Source: Okamejei kenojei
Taxonomy: Eukaryota
DNA length: 64,000 bases
Reading direction: 5' to 3'
Assembly (NCBI GenBank): GCA_035221665.1
Contig: CM069131.1
Coordinates: 158,472,001 to 158,536,000 of the forward strand
In this document: positions 48,403-61,555 of the stretch, in pieces
Layout of the letters: every line of letters starts with the position of its first letter
How positions within the stretch are numbered: the first letter of the stretch is position 1
Program-made: the position numbers and the translations under genes
The notes under the pieces: model-generated
Told to the model about the DNA's origin: nothing
The model's database searches: none
What the model saw: only the letters and a program-made list of their open reading frames with translations

Positions 48403-49515
48403 TTGCCACAAAAGTGGATAACCTCATATTTATCCACGTTATACTGCATCTGCCATGTATCCAACCTATCCAAGTCGCCCTGCAGCCTAGTAGCATCCTC
48501 ATTCCAGCCTACACTGCCACCCAACTTTGTGTCATCTGCAAACTTCGAGATGTCACATTTAATTCCCTCGTCTAAATTGTTAATATATATTGTAAATAAC
48601 TGGGGTCCCAGCATTGAGCCTTGCGGCACCCCACTAGTCACTGCCTGCCATTCTGAAAAGGAGCCATTAATTCCTATTCTTTGCTTCCTGTCTGCCAACC
48701 AGTTCTCTATCCATGTCATACCCTACCCCCAATAACATGTGCTCTAATTGTGCACACTAATCTCTTGTGTGGGACCTAGTCAAAGGCTTTTTGAAAGTCT
48801 AGATACACAACATCCACTAAATAAGATCAAATAAAACAAGTTGTCCTACAACTTTAGGCTGTGCACGTCATACGCAAGAAGAAGAAGACCACATCCACTG
48901 GCTCTCTGTGATCCATTCTACTGGTTACATCCTCAAAAAATTCCAGATGATTTGTCAAGCATGATTTCCCCTTCATAAATCCATGCTGACTTTGACCTGT
49001 CACTGCTTTCCAAATGCGCTGCTATAACATCTTTAACAATCGACTCAAGCATCTTCCCCACCACCGATGTCAGGCTAAATGGTCTATAATTCCCCGCTTT
49101 CTTACTCCCTCCTTTCTTAAGAAGTGGAGTTACATTAGTTACCCTCCAATCCACAGGAACTGATCCAGAATCGAGAGAACATTGGAAAATGATCACCAAT
49201 GCATCCACAATTTCTAGGGCCACCTCCTTGAGTACTCTGGGATGCAGACTGCCCTGGAAATCCATCTGCCTTCAGTCCCAACAGTTTACATAACACCATT
49301 TCCTGACTAATGTGGATCCCCTAGTATTTCTGGGAGATTGTTTGTGTCTTCCTTAGTGAAGACAGAACCAAAGTACTTGTTTAACTGTTCTGCCATTTCC
49401 TTGTTTCCCGTTATAAATTCACCTGTCTCTGATTGTAAGGGACTTACATTTGTCTTCACTAACCTTTTCCTTTTTATGTATCTAAATAATCTTTTCCTTT
49501 TTACATATTTAACAT
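48403..49515 (-). mobile_element. CR1 LINE RT part
   Basis: SGVPQGS.LGPQLF, SKFADD, NYRP.SLTS. Confidence 0.9.
48819..48887 (+). mobile_element. 5'-truncated copy of the HDV-ribozyme SINE (tail only)
   Basis: Near-identical to the reverse complement of 13882-13948; TSD ACAACATCCACT (48807-48818) / ACCACATCCACT (48888-48899). Confidence 0.9.
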
Positions 49516-50228
49516 ACGATTTTCCAGTTGTTTCCTTCTCTTTGTACTTGATCACATTCTGATGATCTCTAATGCTTCCCACTTAGAAGGATGATCAATA
49601 TTCCCAAGTTTAAAATTCCATAGGTCACTTAAATTTTAACTCCTTTTCTCTCTCATTGAAGTGTATCTGTGGAGTATTTCTCTCCTTTTCATTTCCTATT
49701 TCAAGTTTCCAGAAGTTGTAATATTTTAGCTGTTCATAGCCAGCTGTACAAAATTATTTCCAGTGGGATTAAAGTGGATCAAGCATCAGACCGTGTATTT
49801 TGTTTTACTTTATTTGATTTGAGACAATGAAGTTTATAATATTTGATTCGGAACATTTATTCGCACTTTAAGAAATGTTTTCCGCACAGTGTCCAGTGGG
49901 GCTTTGGCAGGACAAGACTTTCTGGTGATACAAACATGGATTTTGATATTAAGGGTGCAATTTATATGCTGGTGATTTTGGCACCATAGGAGGAACTAAG
50001 GAGAGGTCAAAAATATACATCACACAGTTATTCCTTTCTTTATTGAGACTTCAGGTTGCTATACAAGGGGTGTAACTAGACTTGTATCTAGATTCATGTG
50101 AATGTGGCAAATCAGATTATTTTTCTCAATGCCAATAGAATGATCATGGTAGACTCATTATGGTCAGCACAGCACCTGACTAAATACAATTAAAAATGTT
50201 TAAGAAAGAACTGCAGATGCAGGAAAAA

Positions 50229-50412
50229 TTGAAGGTAGATAAAAATGTTGGAGAAACTCAGCAGGTGAGGCAGCATCTATGGAGCAAAGGAATAGGCGAC
50301 GTTTCGGGTCGAGACCTGAAGAAGGGTCTCGGCCCGAAACGTCGCCTATTCCTTCGCTCCATAGATGCTGCCTCACCCGCTGAGTTTCTCCAGCATTTTT
50401 GTCTACCTTCAA
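50229..50412. mobile_element. Penelope-derived palindromic element with hammerhead motif
   Basis: ~88-bp inverted arms around an 8-nt spacer; CTGAAGA 50316-50322, GAAACGTC 50336-50343. Confidence 0.75.
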
Positions 50413-50574
50413 ATAAAATTTAAAGATGTTTTCGGGATTCAATGTTAAATGGAGGTATAATCTGCCTTTGGGATTAACAGATTTTCCAAACTATTGAGTG
50501 CTCCTTTTGTTAATACCAAACAGATTATATTTCATTGTTTTACATGTTACACTGCAATAAATATATTTTGTGTC

Positions 50575-51200
50575 AGAAGGAACAGCAGATGCAGGTTAAT
50601 GCCGAAGATAGACACAAAGTGCTGGAGTAGCCCAGCGAGTCAGGCAGCATCTTTGGAGAAATGGAACAGGTGACGTTACGCATCGGAACCCTTCTTCAGG
50701 CTGAAAGTAGCAGGGAGGGGGGTGGGGGGGTTGGGGTTTGGGGAGAACCTAAATTTAAACCTAATGAATGATTCCGGTCCTGGACCATCAGGACTTCCAA
50801 ACAATTGAATGCCGGATTATCGGAGGTTCATTGTATTGTGTAATGTTGACACTTTAAGGAGGAGGTCATTAAAACATAGAACTGATGGATGAAAACTATC
50901 TGATTTTTTATCTGTACGTAAACATTTCAGAGACTTCAGGGAGACACTAATTGGTACACAAATCAGTAATGGGAGATAATATATAGTAAGGAACTGCAGG
51001 TGCTGGTTTGCACTGAGGATAGACACAATATGCTGGAGTAACACAATGGGACAGGTAGCATCTCTGGAGAGAAGGAACGGGTGACATTTTGGGTCGAGTC
51101 TTCAGTCTGAAGAAGGGTCTCGTCCAGAAATGTCACTCATTCCATCTCTCCAGAGATGCTGCCTGTCTCGCTGAGTTACTCCGTATTTTCTGTATATCTA
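50575..51200. mobile_element. Two more Penelope-derived terminal repeats (50575-50705 minus; 50985-51200 inverted pair)
   Basis: Same GATAGACACAA..GCTGGAGTA..GCATCT.TGGAGA core. Confidence 0.7.
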
Positions 51201-52374
51201 CGAAAGATAACATAACCAGTTACATGGAAAAACATTTTTTTTTGTGACATTTCACTTTGAAATGTGGCAGAGCTGTTATATTTAGTTTAATATATACTCT
51301 ATTAAACTGTCTTTATTTCTGTGCTGCTTATTTATCAAATCCATTTGTTGGTTTAAAATCAAACTTCATATACCCACAACAACAAATCGATGTTTTAAGG
51401 TATATTCAAGGAACAAGAAATCTGTATATATAATATCTTTGTGTATTTTCAATATTTGGAATTGAGTGATTTCATGTTCCATTAATTAAAAGCCAGTGGA
51501 ACTGTTTCAATTTGAATTTTTGGCAGATGCTTATATACGATATGACATGATAAAGAATGTTCATCCCCAGAGAGAAATTGGTCTGCCGACAGTCACAACA
51601 CACAAGGTTCCCAAAAACTTGAAAATTAAAAGTGAAAACAAAAAGAAAAAAGGCAAGCGAATGTTGGCTGGTTGTTGTGTGCACAGCGCCTTCACCAGAA
51701 CAAATGAACAAACAAACAAACAATGCAGACTTATCCCCTGGACGGAGGATTCTAAACTATAGTGCCCCCCCTCCCCCTTTGTTCTCCCACCGTCCCTCAT
51801 GGCGGGCTCCCCACATGGGTCCCCATTGTTCTTCACGCTGGGCCCCCCACACTGGAGAGGGCTCAGCTTCCCTAAGCCAAGATGACCATTGATAGTATTG
51901 ATACTGTTTAAGATGATTTCTGTGTGGGTTTGGCCAGCTCCCAAGCCATAGAACTGTTAGAAAGATTTGGGTATCCTGTAAAGCATTAACACCTTGGTGA
52001 CATGACACTTTGAAAGTACACGCACATATAGGAGCAGCCGAGATATGTCTGTGAGTTTGTATTTAATATGATAGAAACACTCAGGAAAGTCATCCTTATA
52101 TGGGAATGATTCACAAACAGGAGCAATATTTACCCTACAAAGGTTTTTCACAGTATTCAATTTCTAGAGTTTTACTTAAAGTGAAAATTGTCATGAATAA
52201 TGACTGAGTAAGATCTCAATCAAATGACATTTCAGTAATGCTAATCTGACCAGAGAGATTGTGGGAATGATGTGCTTCAAGCAGAGATTAGTACAGATTA
52301 CAAGCGATGCAGTGTTGCATGCATGATGAGTCTGAAAAAGGGTCTCGGTCCAAAGTATAATCTATCCAAGTTCA

Positions 52375-52957
52375 TAGTCGCAAGTTATGGGAGTAGAATT
52401 AGGCCATTCAGCCCATCAAGTCTACTCCGCACTTCAATCATGGCTGATCTCTGCCTCCCAATTCAATTTTTCTGCCATCTGCCCATAACCCTTTACACCC
52501 ATTCTAATCAAGAATTTGTCCATCACAACATTAAAAATATCCAGTGACTTGGCCTCAACAGCCCTCTGTGGCAATGAGTTCCACACATTAACTACCCTCT
52601 GACCAAAGAGGTTCCTCCTCACCTCCTTTCTAAAAGAGTGCCCTTAAATTCTGAGCCTATGACCTCTGGTCCTAGACTCTCCCACCAGTGGAAACAACCT
52701 TCCCACATCCACTCTATCTTTGCCTTTCATTATTTTGTAAGTTGCAATGAGGTCCCCCCTCAACCTAAACTCCAGTGAATAGAGGAACAGTGCTGTCAAA
52801 CGCTCATCATATGCTAACCCAGTCATTCCTGGAATCGTTCTTGTAAACCTCCTCTGGGCCTTCTCCAGAGCCACCACAACCTGCCTCAGATATGGGGCCC
52901 GAATTTGCTGACAGAACATCAAATGCGGCCTGACCAGCACCTTATAGAGCCTCAGCA
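52375..52957 (-). mobile_element. CR1 3' fragment
   Basis: LRLYKVLVRPHL..SRTRGHRLRI; VVNVWNSLPQ. Confidence 0.9.
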
Positions 52958-53019
52958 CTGCAAGTTCATAAGTTCACAAATTATAGGAGTAGAATTAGCC
53001 ATTTGGCTAATTCGTTAGA

Positions 53020-54480
53020 ACCTTATTCTAAAATGGATTAAATTCATTTTTAAAAATCATCAAAAAATATAGTACCCCAGAATAAAGAAGCGAAAACAGG
53101 TGTTTAGAAATGTTTGCATGAATTAAAAAGAAATAACTAAAATATCACATTTACATAAGTATTCAGAGCCTTTGCTATGACACTCAAAATTGAGCTTAGG
53201 TTCATCCTATTTCCATTGATTATCCTTGAGATGTTTCTACAACTTGATTGGAGTCCACCAGTGGTAAATTATATTGATTGGGCATGATTTGGAAAGGCAC
53301 ACACCTGTCTATATAAGGTCCCTATAGTTGACAGTGCATGTCAGAGCAAAAAACAAGCTATGGAGACGAAGGAATTGTCCGTAGACCTCCGTGACAGGAT
53401 TGTGATAAGACACAGATCTGGGGAAGGGGATAAAACAATTTCTGTAGCATTGCAGGTCCCGAAGAGCACAGTAGCCTCCATCATTTTTAAATGAAAGAAC
53501 TTTGGAACCACCAGGACTCTTCATAGAGCTGGCCGCCCGGCCAAACTGAGCAATCAGGGGAGAAGGGCCTTGGTCAGGGATGATCACCCTGACAGAGCTC
53601 CAGAGTTCCTCTGTGGAGATGGAAGAACCTTCCGATGGAAGCCGCTCCTCAGTAAAGGGCACATCACGGCCCGCTTGGAGTTAGCCAAAAGGCATGAGAA
53701 ACAAAATTCTCTGGTCTGATGAAACCAAACTTGAACTCTTTGGCCTGTATGCCAAGTGTCGTGTCTGGAGGAAACCAGGCACCGCTCATCACCTGGCCAA
53801 TATCATACCCACGGTGAAGCATGGTGGTGGGAGCATCATGCTGTGGGGATGTTTTTCAGTGACAGGTACTGGGAGACTAGTCGGGTTCGAGGGAAAGAGG
53901 AACGGAGCAAAGTACAGGGAGATCCTTGATGAAAACCTGCTCCAGAGCATTCTGGACTTCAGACTGGGGCGGAGGTTCACCTTCCAACAGCGCAACAACC
54001 CTAAGCACACAACCAGGAGTGGCTTCGTGACAAGTCTGTGAATGCTCTTGAGTGACCCAGCAAGAGCCCAGACTTGAACCTGATCGAACATCTCTGGAGG
54101 GACCTGAAAATAGCGTATCGATGCTCCCCATCCAACCTGGCAGAGCTTGGGAGGATCTGCAGAGAAGAATGGAAGAAATTACCCAAATACAGGTGTGCCA
54201 AACTTGTAGCATCATACCCAAGAAGACTTGAAGCTGTAATCGCTGCCAAAGGTGCCTCAACAAAGTACTGAGTAAAGGGTATGTAAATGTGATCTTTCAG
54301 TTATTTCTTTTTAATTACTTTGCAAACATTTCTAAATGCCTGTTTTCGCTTTTTTATTATGGGGTATATAAAGTGTTGATTGATGATTTAAAAAAATAAT
54401 TTAATCCATTTTTAAATAAGGCTGTAAGGTAACAAAATGTAGAAAAGGTGAAGGGATCTGAATACTTTTTGAATGTACTG
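53020..54480 (+). mobile_element. Tc1-like DNA transposon relic (IR/DR type), outer part of 5' TIR lost
   Basis: Transposase ~53360-54271: [28 protein letters not shown] (catalytic D lost), DLNLIEHLW, IAAKGASTKY; right TIR ends GTACTG|TA; DR AAGTATTCAGA. Confidence 0.9.
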
Positions 54481-55598
54481 TAAATGCTAGCATTGAATTT
54501 GCCTTCAATATTCCACATGGAATCCACGTTTTCCAGAGATGATGCGTGACCTGCTGAGCTGCTCTGGCACTTTGTGTCCTTTTGCTTACATGTTTCCTGC
54601 TGCAGCTGGAGAGTGTTAGATTTAGCTCTTAGGGCGAAAGGAATCAAGGGATATGGGGGAAAAAGCCAGAATGGGGTGCTGATTTTAGATGATCAGCCAT
54701 GATCGTTGAATGGCCTACTCCTGCACCTATTTTCTATCTGTCAGGTGGAATCTGTGGAGGGGACTGAACAGTTGAGGTTTCAGATTGAAATCCTTCATCT
54801 AGACTCTGGACATTATTATTGACTACGTTTTTATAGGCTGCTTACCCAAGGCTTCATTCGTGATTATCTCTTGCAATCTTCTCTAGCTTTTTTCACTGAA
54901 TGAGGCAATTGTGGGAACTTCCACAAGCAATTAACTAATTGCTATCCTGTCTAAAGGCATAGTTTGACCTTTAAGATTGATTGCTTCTCTTTAAGTGTGG
55001 TGGTCTTTTGAAATGGTGCTGAGACTTCCACCACACCCTCCTGATGGACAGAAATACCACAAAATATATTGATTTGTAATGTGGAATTTAACACTGCGGA
55101 AGATGATGGATATGACTTTCTGTGCAAATAGCGTTCAGCCCACAAGTTGTTATTATGAGAAGAGCAGCTAACAATCAGGTGATTGTCAGTTATCCTGACA
55201 CGGGAACTACTTGTATAGATACTATGAAATGGAAAACATCAAGAAGTCACAAGTTGTAAAGGAGCATCTTTTAGAGCATTTGCCACAGAATGCTCTTTTC
55301 CTTAGAGTCGTTTTCCTTAGGGTCATAGTGTCGTTTCAGGGGAAGTGAGTTGCACAGCTAACACTGACCTTTGTGCTTTTTACTGCCATGGCTATTGAAT
55401 CAGCAGCACTAATGAGATATTTACGGTGACATCCAGCCCCTCCTACACTACCTACACTGACAGCTCAAGGGCAAGCATGGGTTCACATCCAGTGATTTCA
55501 AACACATCCCCTTGACTACTTTTCCTTTACAAATAATTCCTTTGGTGAATACACCATGGAACAGGGTCTCATTGATCTCATTGATGCTGAACAATAAT

Positions 55599-55914
55599 GG
55601 GGCTGTCCCACTGTATGAGCTAATTCAAGAGTTCTACCGAGTTTCCCCTAATTCGAACTCGGAGAATTACGGTTATAGCCGCTCGTAGGTACTCGGGGCT
55701 CTCGTGGACATTTTTCAACATGATGAAAAATCTTCACAAGTCTTCCCAAGCTTACCGTGTTTCCAGAGTACCTGCTGTTAGCGTTACGAGCCGCGAAGGG
55801 ACGTCCCGAGCTCCGATGTACCCACTACATGCATTCTACGAGATTACCACGAGTTTGATTTTTTTTTTAGACTCGAGAGAGCTCTTGAATTAGCTCGTAC
55901 AGTGGGACAGGCCC
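55599..55914. mobile_element. MITE, PIF/Harbinger-like
   Basis: ~33-bp TIR GGGGCTGTCCCACTGTATGAGCTAATTCAAGAG / CTCTTGAATTAGCTCGTACAGTGGGACAGGCCC. Confidence 0.85.
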
Positions 55915-56145
55915 TTAACGAAAGAGCAGGTGAACTTTCTCTCAAACAGCTAGAGTAGACTGTAACATTTGCCCCATTTATGTTGGCCCTGAATTCTGAT
56001 TAGCTGGTCTTTAAACAAATCCCACTTGTCAGATGTGGACTTCTCAATAAAGGTCGCTATCAATCTATGCTCCTGATTTCTTGCTAACTGTTGTAATTAG
56101 CCTTCCCCCAGTTTTGTTATTTCCTATAAAATCTAATCTTATCCT

Positions 56146-57115
56146 TGTCCCCACAGGGGACGGTCCTCTCTTCCTTCCTGTCTACCATCTACACCTCGGA
56201 CTTCAGATATAACTCTGTCTCCTGCCACCTGCAGACATTTTCAGATGACTCTGCAATTGTGGGCTGCATGAGTGAAGGGAGGAAAGCTGAATACAGAGGT
56301 GTAGCTAACAACTTTATTGAGTGGTGTGGGCTGAATCACCTGCAGCTCAACACTGACAAGACTAAGGAGTTAGTGGTGGACTTTGGGAGGAGAAGGACAC
56401 CCCTGTCCCCTGTCTCCATCAATGGAGTGGATGTGCAGTTTACCAAGGGGTACAAATACCTTGGAGTGTACCTGGACAGTAAACTGGACTGGTCCAGGAA
56501 CGCTGAGACCCTGTACCAGAAGGGACAGAGCCGGCTGTAGTTTTTGAGAAGACTCCACTCCTTCATCATCTGCAGTGAGATGCTGCAGATGTTCCAGTGA
56601 GATGCTGCAGATGTGGTAGGCAGTGCCATCTTCTTCACTGCCGTGTGCTGGGGCAGCAGGGCGAAGGCCACGGACGCCAATAGCATCAACAAACTCATCA
56701 GGATGGCTGGCTCCATCCTGGGGGCAGAGTTGGATTCATGGGAGGTGGTCAAGGAGGGGAGGATGCTCCTCAAACTGCGGAGCATCCTGGATAATATAGC
56801 TCACCCCCTCCATGACACACTGGTCAACCTGAGGTGCATCTTCAGCAACAGACTGGCTCCACCAAAATGCAGGTCAGAACGCCCCAGGAGATCCTTCTTC
56901 CCTGTGGCTATCAAACTTTACAACTCCTCCCCCTTCTGTCGTGTGGTAGACTGAGACCCCATTCCCTCCCCTCCCAAATCTTTGCACATCCCCCAAGCCT
57001 TTCCACTTGTAACTTTAATTTCATATTTCATGTATTTTTTGTGTTTTGATGACAGTTGGCAGAACAATTTCCCTCCTGGGATAAATAAAGTTTTATCGTA
57101 TAGTGTCGTATCGTA
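56146..57115 (+). mobile_element. Rex1/Babar LINE, 5'-truncated
   Basis: PQGTVLS.FL.TIYTSDF..FSDDSAIVG, YKYLGV.LDSKLDW, KGQSRL, RSFFPVAIKLYN; AATAAAGTTTTATCGTA tail. Confidence 0.9.
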
Positions 57116-58236
57116 CATTATTATCATAAAACCAGAGGAGTTATTGACGTTCATCCTAGAATGCTCTCCTACTAAACTCCAATCACCTGGCCTAGCCTAT
57201 TTCCCCCATACAAGATGTAGATTGTCCCTTTCCTGGTGAACTATCAAAATAATGTTCCGAGAATCCCTTCAGGATGCACCAACCACATTGTGCACCATCT
57301 AGGCCTCTGTCACAAAGAAACTCCCATTCAAAATAGGGAAATTACAGTCACCCCCACAACAAAAAAAGACACAAAGTACTGGAGTAATTCAGCGGGTCAG
57401 GTAGCATTTCTGGTGAACATGGATAGGTGGTGTTTCAGGTCAGGACCCACTAAAACCATTTGTTTTTTATCAGATATGGCACATTTTCGAACTATGGTGT
57501 AGTTTATTGTCACTTGTGCCGAAGGACACTGAAAAGCTTTATTGGCATGCTATCAAGTCAGCAGAAAGACAATACATGATTACAAATAACCCATTTACAG
57601 TATATAGATACCTGCACCATGTAGGACCCCATGATGCAACTGTCTCGCTGCTCCAGCAACATAGACTTCGAACTCTGACCTCGAGCACTCTCTGCATGGA
57701 GTTTACATCATTTTGTAGCTCTCCTGGAATTTCCGGTTTCATCTCGCATCCCATTGACATTCTGGTTAGTTGGTCAATGTAGGCCGCCTCTATGTCTGTG
57801 TGAATGGTAGAATCCAAGGAGGAGATCATGGGAATATGCTGGAATACAATGGGTTTAGTTTAGTTTATTGTCATGTGTTCCGAGGTACATTGAAAAGCTT
57901 ATTGGTTGAATGCTATTCAGTCATCGGAAAGACTATACTTGATTACAATCAAGCCATCAACAGTGTACAGATTAGTGTACAGATAAATGTTAATGGGTGC
58001 TTGTTGATCAACATTCACTGGATGGCTGAATGGCCAGTTTCTGAACTACATGATTCCATGATTGTATGATTCTCTGAGAGGAAATACACTTTTCCAGACA
58101 GTGTTAAGGTATGTAAGACTAATAGATGCTTATTCAGATATAATCAGGACTTCACAGAATGATTCAATCAGAGTAGTCCATGGTTATTCATGCAGAGACC
58201 CTTTCATCAATGCAGTCACACACACTGCTATTTTAA

Positions 58237-58862
58237 CCCCTTGTCCCACTTAGGTGATTTTTTTCGGCGACTACAGGTGACTATGCTGTCACCACATGGT
58301 CTGTATGGTCGTGCGTAGTCTCCTCAAATTGCCTAAAGAGTCGTAACATTTTTCTGGTTGCTGGATTTTTAAATTTTCAAACGTTTTCGGAGACTTGTGG
58401 GCTTGACGTAGCTTGTCTTCTCCTGTCATAGGTGCTGTCGTAGGTTGTTGCCAGGATGACGCAGGTTGTCGCCAGGTGACGTTGGTTGTCGCCGGGTGCT
58501 GACTTCGGTGAATTCCATTGGCGACTACCTGCGTCAACCGGCGACAGGTACCGGAGACTGAATTGTCTTCAGTTGTCGCCGACACGGTCATAGCTTGTCG
58601 CGGGTGGACGTGGGTTGACTTTAGTTGCAGTAGGTTGTTGTCTGTGTGGTCCTAGGTTGTCTTGAGTGTGGTCGTAGGTGGACATCCTAATGGATCGCCA
58701 GTTGTCAGTAGCTTGCCGTTGCTTGACGTCGACTAGGTGGTAAGTTGTCGTAGCTTGTCGTAGACAATGTCGTTGGGGGGGTGGGGGTCCAGTCGCCGCA
58801 TTTTCGGTGACCTGCTATTACTGTGACAGTCGCCGAAAAAATCGCCTAAGTGTGACAGACCC
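58237..58862. mobile_element. MITE, PIF/Harbinger-like, with degenerate GTCGTAGGTT units
   Basis: TIR TGTCCCACTTAGGTGATTTTTTTCGGCGACT / AGTCGCCGAAAAAATCGCCTAAGTGTGACA. Confidence 0.8.
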
Positions 58863-59246
58863 TTTAGCCATCATGTGATGGGCATTCATTGCTCCATCCC
58901 ATCACACAGGGTCAACGATAGAATGCTATTTCCCTTACTATTCACCCATTCAAAGCCAACAGTTAATTTTATTATTAAACAGATTTTACTAAAAAAAAAA
59001 TAGCAAGGAAGTTAGTACTGATGACAATCATTTCATCCGTTATTACCTCCAATCATATTTCATCCGTCACCACTCCATTTGGCATTACAAGTAATTTGTA
59101 ACTGTCACCACTAACCTTTTAATTAGAAACATTGGCACAGGTAATGTGCACACAATTTGAGTACTCAGTGTAACAGAATGAAATTAAACTCACTTGATGG
59201 GGATGATCAAGAAGTTGTGAACTGTACCTATTATATATTTGACATC

Positions 59247-59562
59247 GGGTGGCACGGTGGTGCAGCGGTAGAGTTGCTGCCTTACAAAACTTGCAGCGCC
59301 AGAGACCCAGGTTTGGTCCCGACTGTAGGTGCTGTCTGTATGGAGTTTGTACGTTCTCCCAGTGATCGCATGGGTTTTCTCCGATATCTTCAGTTTCCTC
59401 CCACACTCCAAAGATGTACAGGTTTGTAGGTTAGTTGGCTTGTGGTTGTATACTTGTGCTGGTATACTTGTGTTAGTGTGGGGGGATCGCTGGTCGGCAC
59501 GGACTTGGTGGGCTGAAAGGTCCATTTGCGCGCTGTATCTCTAAACTAAACTAAACTAGACT
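59247..59562 (+). mobile_element. Full-length tRNA-derived V-SINE (HE1-like)
   Basis: A-box TGGTGCAGCGG, degenerate B-box, V-domain GGAGTTTGTACGTTCTCCC..TTTCCTCCCACA, (CTAAA)n tail. Confidence 0.9.
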
Positions 59563-60099
59563 GGAAGGAAAAGGAAATTGTAGAATCTCAATGAATATGC
59601 ACAATGAACAATTTTAGTCAACGTGCAAATTCTGAAGTAATATAATGCATTATTTCCAGAATGGTTTAAGACATTAAGAATAGAAAGAAACATTAGTGTA
59701 ATGACATTCTTTCCACAGAATTCACTTTCTTGTACTCTTCATTGTTCTCATTTTATGACCCAGTGGAAACCGTCTTTCAGATTATTTATATGAAAATTAC
59801 GACAATTAAGGATATTGAAATGAAATACCAATTTAAGGAAATTATGGTGTCTCGTGAAGAATTAAGGATGAACAACACAGTGACAATTTGGAAAGAATAT
59901 TCATCTCCAGCTTTGCATGATGCTGGAGCCAGTACAAAGTCTATGTTGCCCCACAAACCACACATGTTTTTTTTTTTTACTCGCATTCACCGTTTTTCTT
60001 TTCTCTACTTATTGATTGTGGCCACCAGGTTTTCAGGTGGTTTTATTTAACTTAAACATCATTAATTCTAAATTAACCTCTGGCATTTTCCATCAGAGA

Positions 60100-60410
60100 A
60101 AGACACAATGTACTGGAGTAATTCAGTGGCTCAGGCAGCATTCCTGGAGAACATGAATGGGTGACGTTACGGGTCAGGACCCTTCTTCATGATTTCTTCT
60201 GTAAGTTCCTGGTTCCTCCCACATCCCATTGACATGTTGGTTGAAGTCTGAAGAAGGGTCCCGACCCACCCTGACCCATCTGTAAAAGGGTCCAAACCCA
60301 CAACGCCATCTATTCATGTTTTTCAGAGATGCTACCTGACCTGCGGAGTTATTTGAGCATATTTTGCCTTAATTTGGAAACCAGCATCTGCATCTCTTTG
60401 TGTTTCCATT
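60100..60410. mobile_element. Penelope-derived inverted terminal repeat pair, degenerate
   Basis: GACCCTTCTTCA then GTCTGAAGAAGGGTCCCGACCC with reverse-complement flanks. Confidence 0.65.
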
Positions 60411-60855
60411 TTCCTTCAGAGCTTTGCCATGGTTACTTCTTGCAGTTTTCTGATTTAAATCTTGATTTAGCATATATTATTTTATGAATCTACTGGCTAA
60501 CTTGAAACTGCTATGATTTTCAAAAATATTGTACTCTGCTTATGGACAAAAAGAGAAAGATATTACACTGCTTACTAAAGCTGGACTGATATTAATCAAT
60601 CTGTATCTTCATTGGAAAATTAGGTGTATCATTTCAGTTGACTTCAATGGAAATTCTTTGTGTTAGTCAGTGCATCTAATAAATAATTTTTTTGAGACAA
60701 ATTGTTTCTTCAGAAGAAAGTATCCTAAAAGGAATCACCAAAATGTTTTTATTACTCATGTGAAGTTTAGTGGACATATCTGAAGAGATGGTAGTAGATG
60801 GCAGGGTCTATGCACTAAAAGTGCTGTTAAGTGGGCTATTCCAGACTGTTAACGG

Positions 60856-61333
60856 CAAGTTCAAGTTCACATTTATTGTCACTAAACCAATTGAGGCACA
60901 GTGACATTTGCGTTACCATACAGCCATAGTAAGTGAAAGGAACACAATACACACATAAAATAAAATTTAACATAAACGTCCACCACAGTGGAATCAACAT
61001 TCCTCACTGTGATGGAAGACAATAAAGTTCAGTTATCATCCTCCTTTGTTCACCCATGGCCGGGGCCTTTAAAGCCTCCACAGATTGACGCTATAGACGG
61101 TCTGATGTTCAGGCCCTCTCGTCGGGATGATTGAAACTCCGACGTCAGGACAGATTGGAACACTCCGTGGCAAGGAGTTCCCGAGTCGGCCGCTTCTTAC
61201 CAGAGACCTCGGCTTCACAATGTTAAGTCGATAGGCCCTGCGGTCGGAGCACTTCTTCTGGCGATCCTCGGCAAAGGATCGCAGCTCCGCGATGTTAAAG
61301 TCCGCGCTGCAGCTTGAAGCTGCAGGCCAGTCT
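60856..61333 (-). mobile_element. GC/CpG-rich non-autonomous retro-element (family of 241-1053)
   Basis: Hairpin at 60980-61015; minus tail GACAATAAATGTGAACTTGAACTTG. Confidence 0.7.
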
Positions 61334-61555
61334 CCAGGAAAGGCCGCACCATTGTACATTCTCCCTGTGACCATGTGGGTTTCCTCCGGGTGCACCGGCT
61401 TCCTCCCACATCCCAAAGAATTGTAGGTTTATCGGTTAATTGGACAGTATAATTGCCCCTAGTGTGTAGGATAGAACGATTGTACAGGTGATCACTGATT
61501 GGCTTGGACTCGGTGAGCCAAAGGGCCTGTTTCCATGCTGTATCTCTAACTAACT
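61334..61555 (+). mobile_element. 5'-truncated V-SINE
   Basis: GTACATTCTCCCTGTGACCATGTGGGTTTCCTCCGGGTGC V-domain; CR1-type tail. Confidence 0.8.

Noticed and set aside
59247-59330. tRNA-like A and B boxes
   Set aside because: SINE heads, not tRNA genes; no complete cloverleaf
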